Of a DNA stretch of 64,000 nt, positions 37,501-64,000 are shown one piece after another. The DNA comes from Lingula anatina. Lineage: Eukaryota; Animalia; Brachiopoda. The translations under genes were made by a program, and so were the position numbers. Location of the stretch: NCBI GenBank assembly GCA_051362555.1, contig CM120645.1, forward strand, positions 3,968,001 through 4,032,000, written 5' to 3'. Each line of letters begins with the position of its first letter. Position 1 is the first letter of the stretch. The notes under the pieces are model-generated. The model did not search any database and had not been told where the DNA came from. It saw nothing but the letters and a program-made list of their open reading frames with translations.

Positions 37501-38464
37501 TGTTAGGTGTGACAGTGGGTGTGACATTGTGCTCACCTGCATTACTGCATATGGCAAGAGAAGTGCTGTATCCATCCATCCAAGCTGCAATTTGGAGAAC
37601 TTCAGATCATCTTCCAGATCTGTTTTGATCTGTGGATGTTTAAAATGACCTAGATAAATAGGTTTTCTACAATTTTTGAAATTTTGATAAATCAAAAATA
37701 TGTGGCTGCACTGTTCTAAGTTACTTAAAAAAGTAATTGTATATGTTATGTTTGTTTGACTGAAGTTATTTCAGAGCCTGATCCCTTTTTGCATATCATT
37801 ATCTTCACTCCCCATTGCCCTTTCACTGCTATAATAATGTCATAATTGTAAATGTTGCACATAACATTGCAACTGCTTGTCGATTTGCAGTGGCCATAGT
37901 CTGTTTGAAACATATCACGAAACTGCATGCATCTTGGTTGTGCAGTTTATCTTTTTCATATATTTTAAAGGAATAACAAGTCTTCATTTTGGTAGGAAAA
38001 TGCCATGAAAAAAATCCCCTCCCCCCTTTTTTTGTACTAACATGTGATGTATCTTTTAAGATAATATTACAAAGGGTAGCCATCTACAGTACATGATATA
38101 TTTGAAGGTCCATATGGTCTGAGGGCAAGCAAGGATTTCAGAAATATTGTGATGACTGCAGTTTTGGTGATAATTTAATATAATTTCTGTGTGTTGTTTA
38201 CAATGTATTTATTGTGGTATTTTGAATCTCACATGAAGAGTTGTTATCCCTTTCAATAATGCATTAATGAAATTGCATGCAGAGAAGCAGGATAACGTAT
38301 AAGTTCTTCTTACAACACGCAAGAGTTTCCTGAGGAGATATGCAATCTAATGTGTTAGTTCTACTTACAACACCCAAGGGTTTCCTGAGGAGATATGTAG
38401 AAGCATATGCAATCCACCCTAGGCTGAAAACAAGTGCCTGTCTCAGCTGCAGTCTTGATGCCAT
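28571..38464 (-). CDS. MFS sugar-phosphate/glycerol-3-phosphate transporter (SLC37/GlpT/UhpC-like)
   Basis: About 13 exons: 38464-38369, 37629-37537, ~37264-37183, ~36548-36480, ~33588-33462, ~33191-33132, ~32842-32770, ~32516-32453, ~32178-32088, ~31881-31786, 29999-29839, ~29168-29093, ~28773-28571. Motifs YASTYLLRKP, GSLGDRFG, CLKLVRYCMYMWLPMYL, FEIGGVAG and AVTGIINGFGSVGA. Confidence 0.9.
29950..31180 (-). repeat. Tandem array (about 113-bp unit, about 10 copies) built from an intron 3' end plus the exon 5' start of the transporter gene
   Basis: Unit ...AAATTGTATTGTTATTnnnCCAG|GTRTTTCCAG...TGGAACAGCTCTTTCCATG. The terminal copy is the real acceptor of exon 29999-29839. Confidence 0.92.
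33909..36373. mobile_element. Degenerate TTAA-flanked DNA transposon, Kolobok-like
   Basis: Ends TTAA|AGG...CCT|TTAA. Subterminal inverted repeats 34091-34116/36181-36206 (22/26) and 34139-34151/36134-36146 (13/13). A THAP-like start MPRCVAVG lies at 34213. Confidence 0.6.
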
Positions 38465-38815
38465 GTTGTTGCTACAGGGTGAAGGTTGCGGCAGGTTGCG
38501 GCAGGTTGACCCGAGTTGACCTTTTTTTCAAACAAGAAGAGATGCAATTGAAGTCAGAATATTTTGCATTTGATATGATATTATTTGCTATTGAATAAGC
38601 ATTTGGTTCAAATTGTTAACTTTTAGCTGATGAGATAATCCAATGTGTTGTATATTTTTACAATCGTGCTCACTGTTATGAAACTTCTCATGACAAACGC
38701 CATCTCTCAGAAAGTATTTTAGAATTATCTAATCGAAAACGAGGTTGTTTAAATCATGGCGGACGCCAATCGAACACTCGCCTGATATTTATTTATTTTT
38801 TGCATTTATTTCACC
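38465..38815. promoter_or_regulatory. Bidirectional promoter region between the SLC37-like and ANKRD26-like genes
   Basis: 351 bp between the divergent ATGs; GCAGGTTGCG repeats near 38480-38510 and a YY1-like CATGGCGG near 38756. Confidence 0.6.
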
Positions 38816-62071
<23,256 letters not shown>

Positions 62072-64000
62072 GTCAGTCAAAGTCTTAGAATAAGCCATGT
62101 TTGAATGTGGTTTGCAGTCAGTCACTAAGGTAGTATCTTCACAGCAGCAGGACTAATTTCTGAATTATTTTGGCCTCTTGATATTCACCTTATATTCACC
62201 TTCTTCAGGGAATGAGGCCACACATGTAGCACCATTCTCTGAAGAAGTTGACCAGGTAGACACCAAAATAATAAAGTGAAAGTAAAACTGATTTTAGCTT
62301 GTGTATTGAAAAAAAAAAAAACTACTGTAGTTAGTGACCGAGTGCAGAATATGGCTGATGAAATCCTTTACAAATGCACTGCACTTTCTTTACATTTTTT
62401 ATGAGTTGTTTTGTTCCATCCATGAAAGGATATAAAGTCCAGATTGTGATATAGGAAAGTGTCTGGATATGGCTGACATTTATGGTGTTCTCTTTTATCA
62501 CTGCATTTTTAAAAAATTTTAGAACAGTTTTACGTGAATTTTTAAGATTATAGCTGGTAATAGCTGGCGTTTATGGTGTTCTCTGTTATCACTGCATTTT
62601 CTTTTTTTAATTTTACAACAGTGGGATATTTGCCGTGAATTTTAAGCTTCTTTTACTGCCCACTTATCATATTTATACTGTATTTACAGTGTTTGGTGAA
62701 ATTTTAGCCTCATCCCCTCCAAAAAATTTTTTAAAATAATAACAAAAAATAAAAATAATGACAACTTCCCTGGCAGAGGGATTATAACAATACCATGTAA
62801 AATTTTTTCAACATCTACTGTTTCAATTTATATGTGACACAGCGTGAGAGAGATTATAATAAGAATTTGTAAAGACCTGTATTTGACTTCCAGTATATCT
62901 GCATGAATGCAGTCTGAGGTCAAGTTCCTTTTGAGGCAATTTTTCACCTTGTAAAAAGGTTTTAGGATCAAGTTTTTTTTAAATTATTTTTAATTAAACT
63001 TATATTTTCATTGCTTATATGTCACTTGCAAATCAAGCTTTTTTGCTTGTGAAGTCAATGATATTTTTTTAACTAATGGGAGATTTATTATGGCATTAAT
63101 AGGATTATCAGATGTTTACATTATGAAACACTCAAAGATTTATAGCATTAGCTTTGAGTCATATAGCACGTAACACTTGCAAAAATCAATTACAATGACG
63201 CTAAGTAAATTTCCTGAAAATTTACCCTGACATGTATGAGCTGTGCTTTGCAGGAAACCGTACCGGTGTTGTTTTGCTATATTGTTAAGAATAAGGTCAT
63301 TTTAGTTACATTTGTTTTTATCGATTGAAAATTCCTGGCTCTGTGAGTATGTAAGCGTGGTGTGGATGTATTGACCCGCCGGGTGTGAATGACAATAGAG
63401 AGTATTGTGTGCATTAATTCATAGACTGTGGACGTACACACAAGGTAACGCTGCTGTGCACAAAGGCAAGCTGCTCCACAAACTGTACAGCTGTATTGTG
63501 TGTGTCTGCTGAATTACTGGACTGAACCGGTGCTTACTTAGCCTACTTCAACCTAATTATAATAGTTCTGCTTTTGTGTTGTTACCACATAGAGCATAGT
63601 ACAGATCTGGAGGCAGCTCACGGCGTCATCACCTGGTAAGTCGTTATCGTCGCATTCAGGGAGTATGCACAGGTAGCTAGGGAAAAGTAGGGAAATATGC
63701 ATGTTTTATGAGGGGAGGTCTATTTTTAATCAGGTTGCTAGTCAGTGGAAAGGAGGCTAATCCCACGAGTCAACATTTTATTTGCAGCACAATTGACAAG
63801 GTGCACAGCAGCATGCACTGTGTTTAATGGGATCAGTTGAAAGGCAGGTTCTCTGAGGTTGACAGTTATTACCTTAATCAGTGGGTCCTGAAAAGGACAG
63901 ATGGTCAAACTACCAGTGGTGGTGGTATATGGAGGGACATTTTAATTTGATGTATAATTATTCTGAAAGGATTTGTGTTATGTTTTCTTGACTGTACAAA

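Noticed and set aside
62465-62640. Two-copy intronic duplication of about 95 bp
   Set aside because: Simple local tandem duplication with no coding or structural signal.

Overview
AT-rich, intron-dense animal genomic DNA, probably an invertebrate and plausibly a lophotrochozoan such as a mollusc (inference only). Most entries in the six-frame ORF track are spurious or exon fragments. Joining GT-AG exons by hand gives six genes: (1) the 3' part of an uncharacterised, possibly DUF4434/glycoside-hydrolase-like gene (+, <58-2835); (2) a divergent TraB-domain/TRABD-like gene (-, 8698-3757); (3) PQBP1 (+, 8956-12290), head-to-head with gene 2; (4) a selenoprotein thioredoxin-glutathione reductase (Grx-TrxR fusion, -, 26311-14483) ending G-C-U-G, with a type II SECIS at 13993-14056; (5) an SLC37/GlpT-like MFS transporter (-, 38464-28571); (6) a large ANKRD26-like gene (+, 38816 to beyond the window end), head-to-head with gene 5. 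The most unusual structures are: a tandem array of nine duplicated 3' splice-site/exon-start units just upstream of a real transporter exon; a 2.9-kb in-frame alternative-donor extension of one ANKRD26-like exon; a run of about 16 phase-0 symmetric exons, several carrying an acidic S-E-W-D-S motif; a TTAA-flanked Kolobok-like transposon relic; and a possible CUG-initiated N-terminal extension of the TGR. No prokaryote-type system (CRISPR, operon) is present. All splice structures are read from sequence alone and need transcript confirmation.
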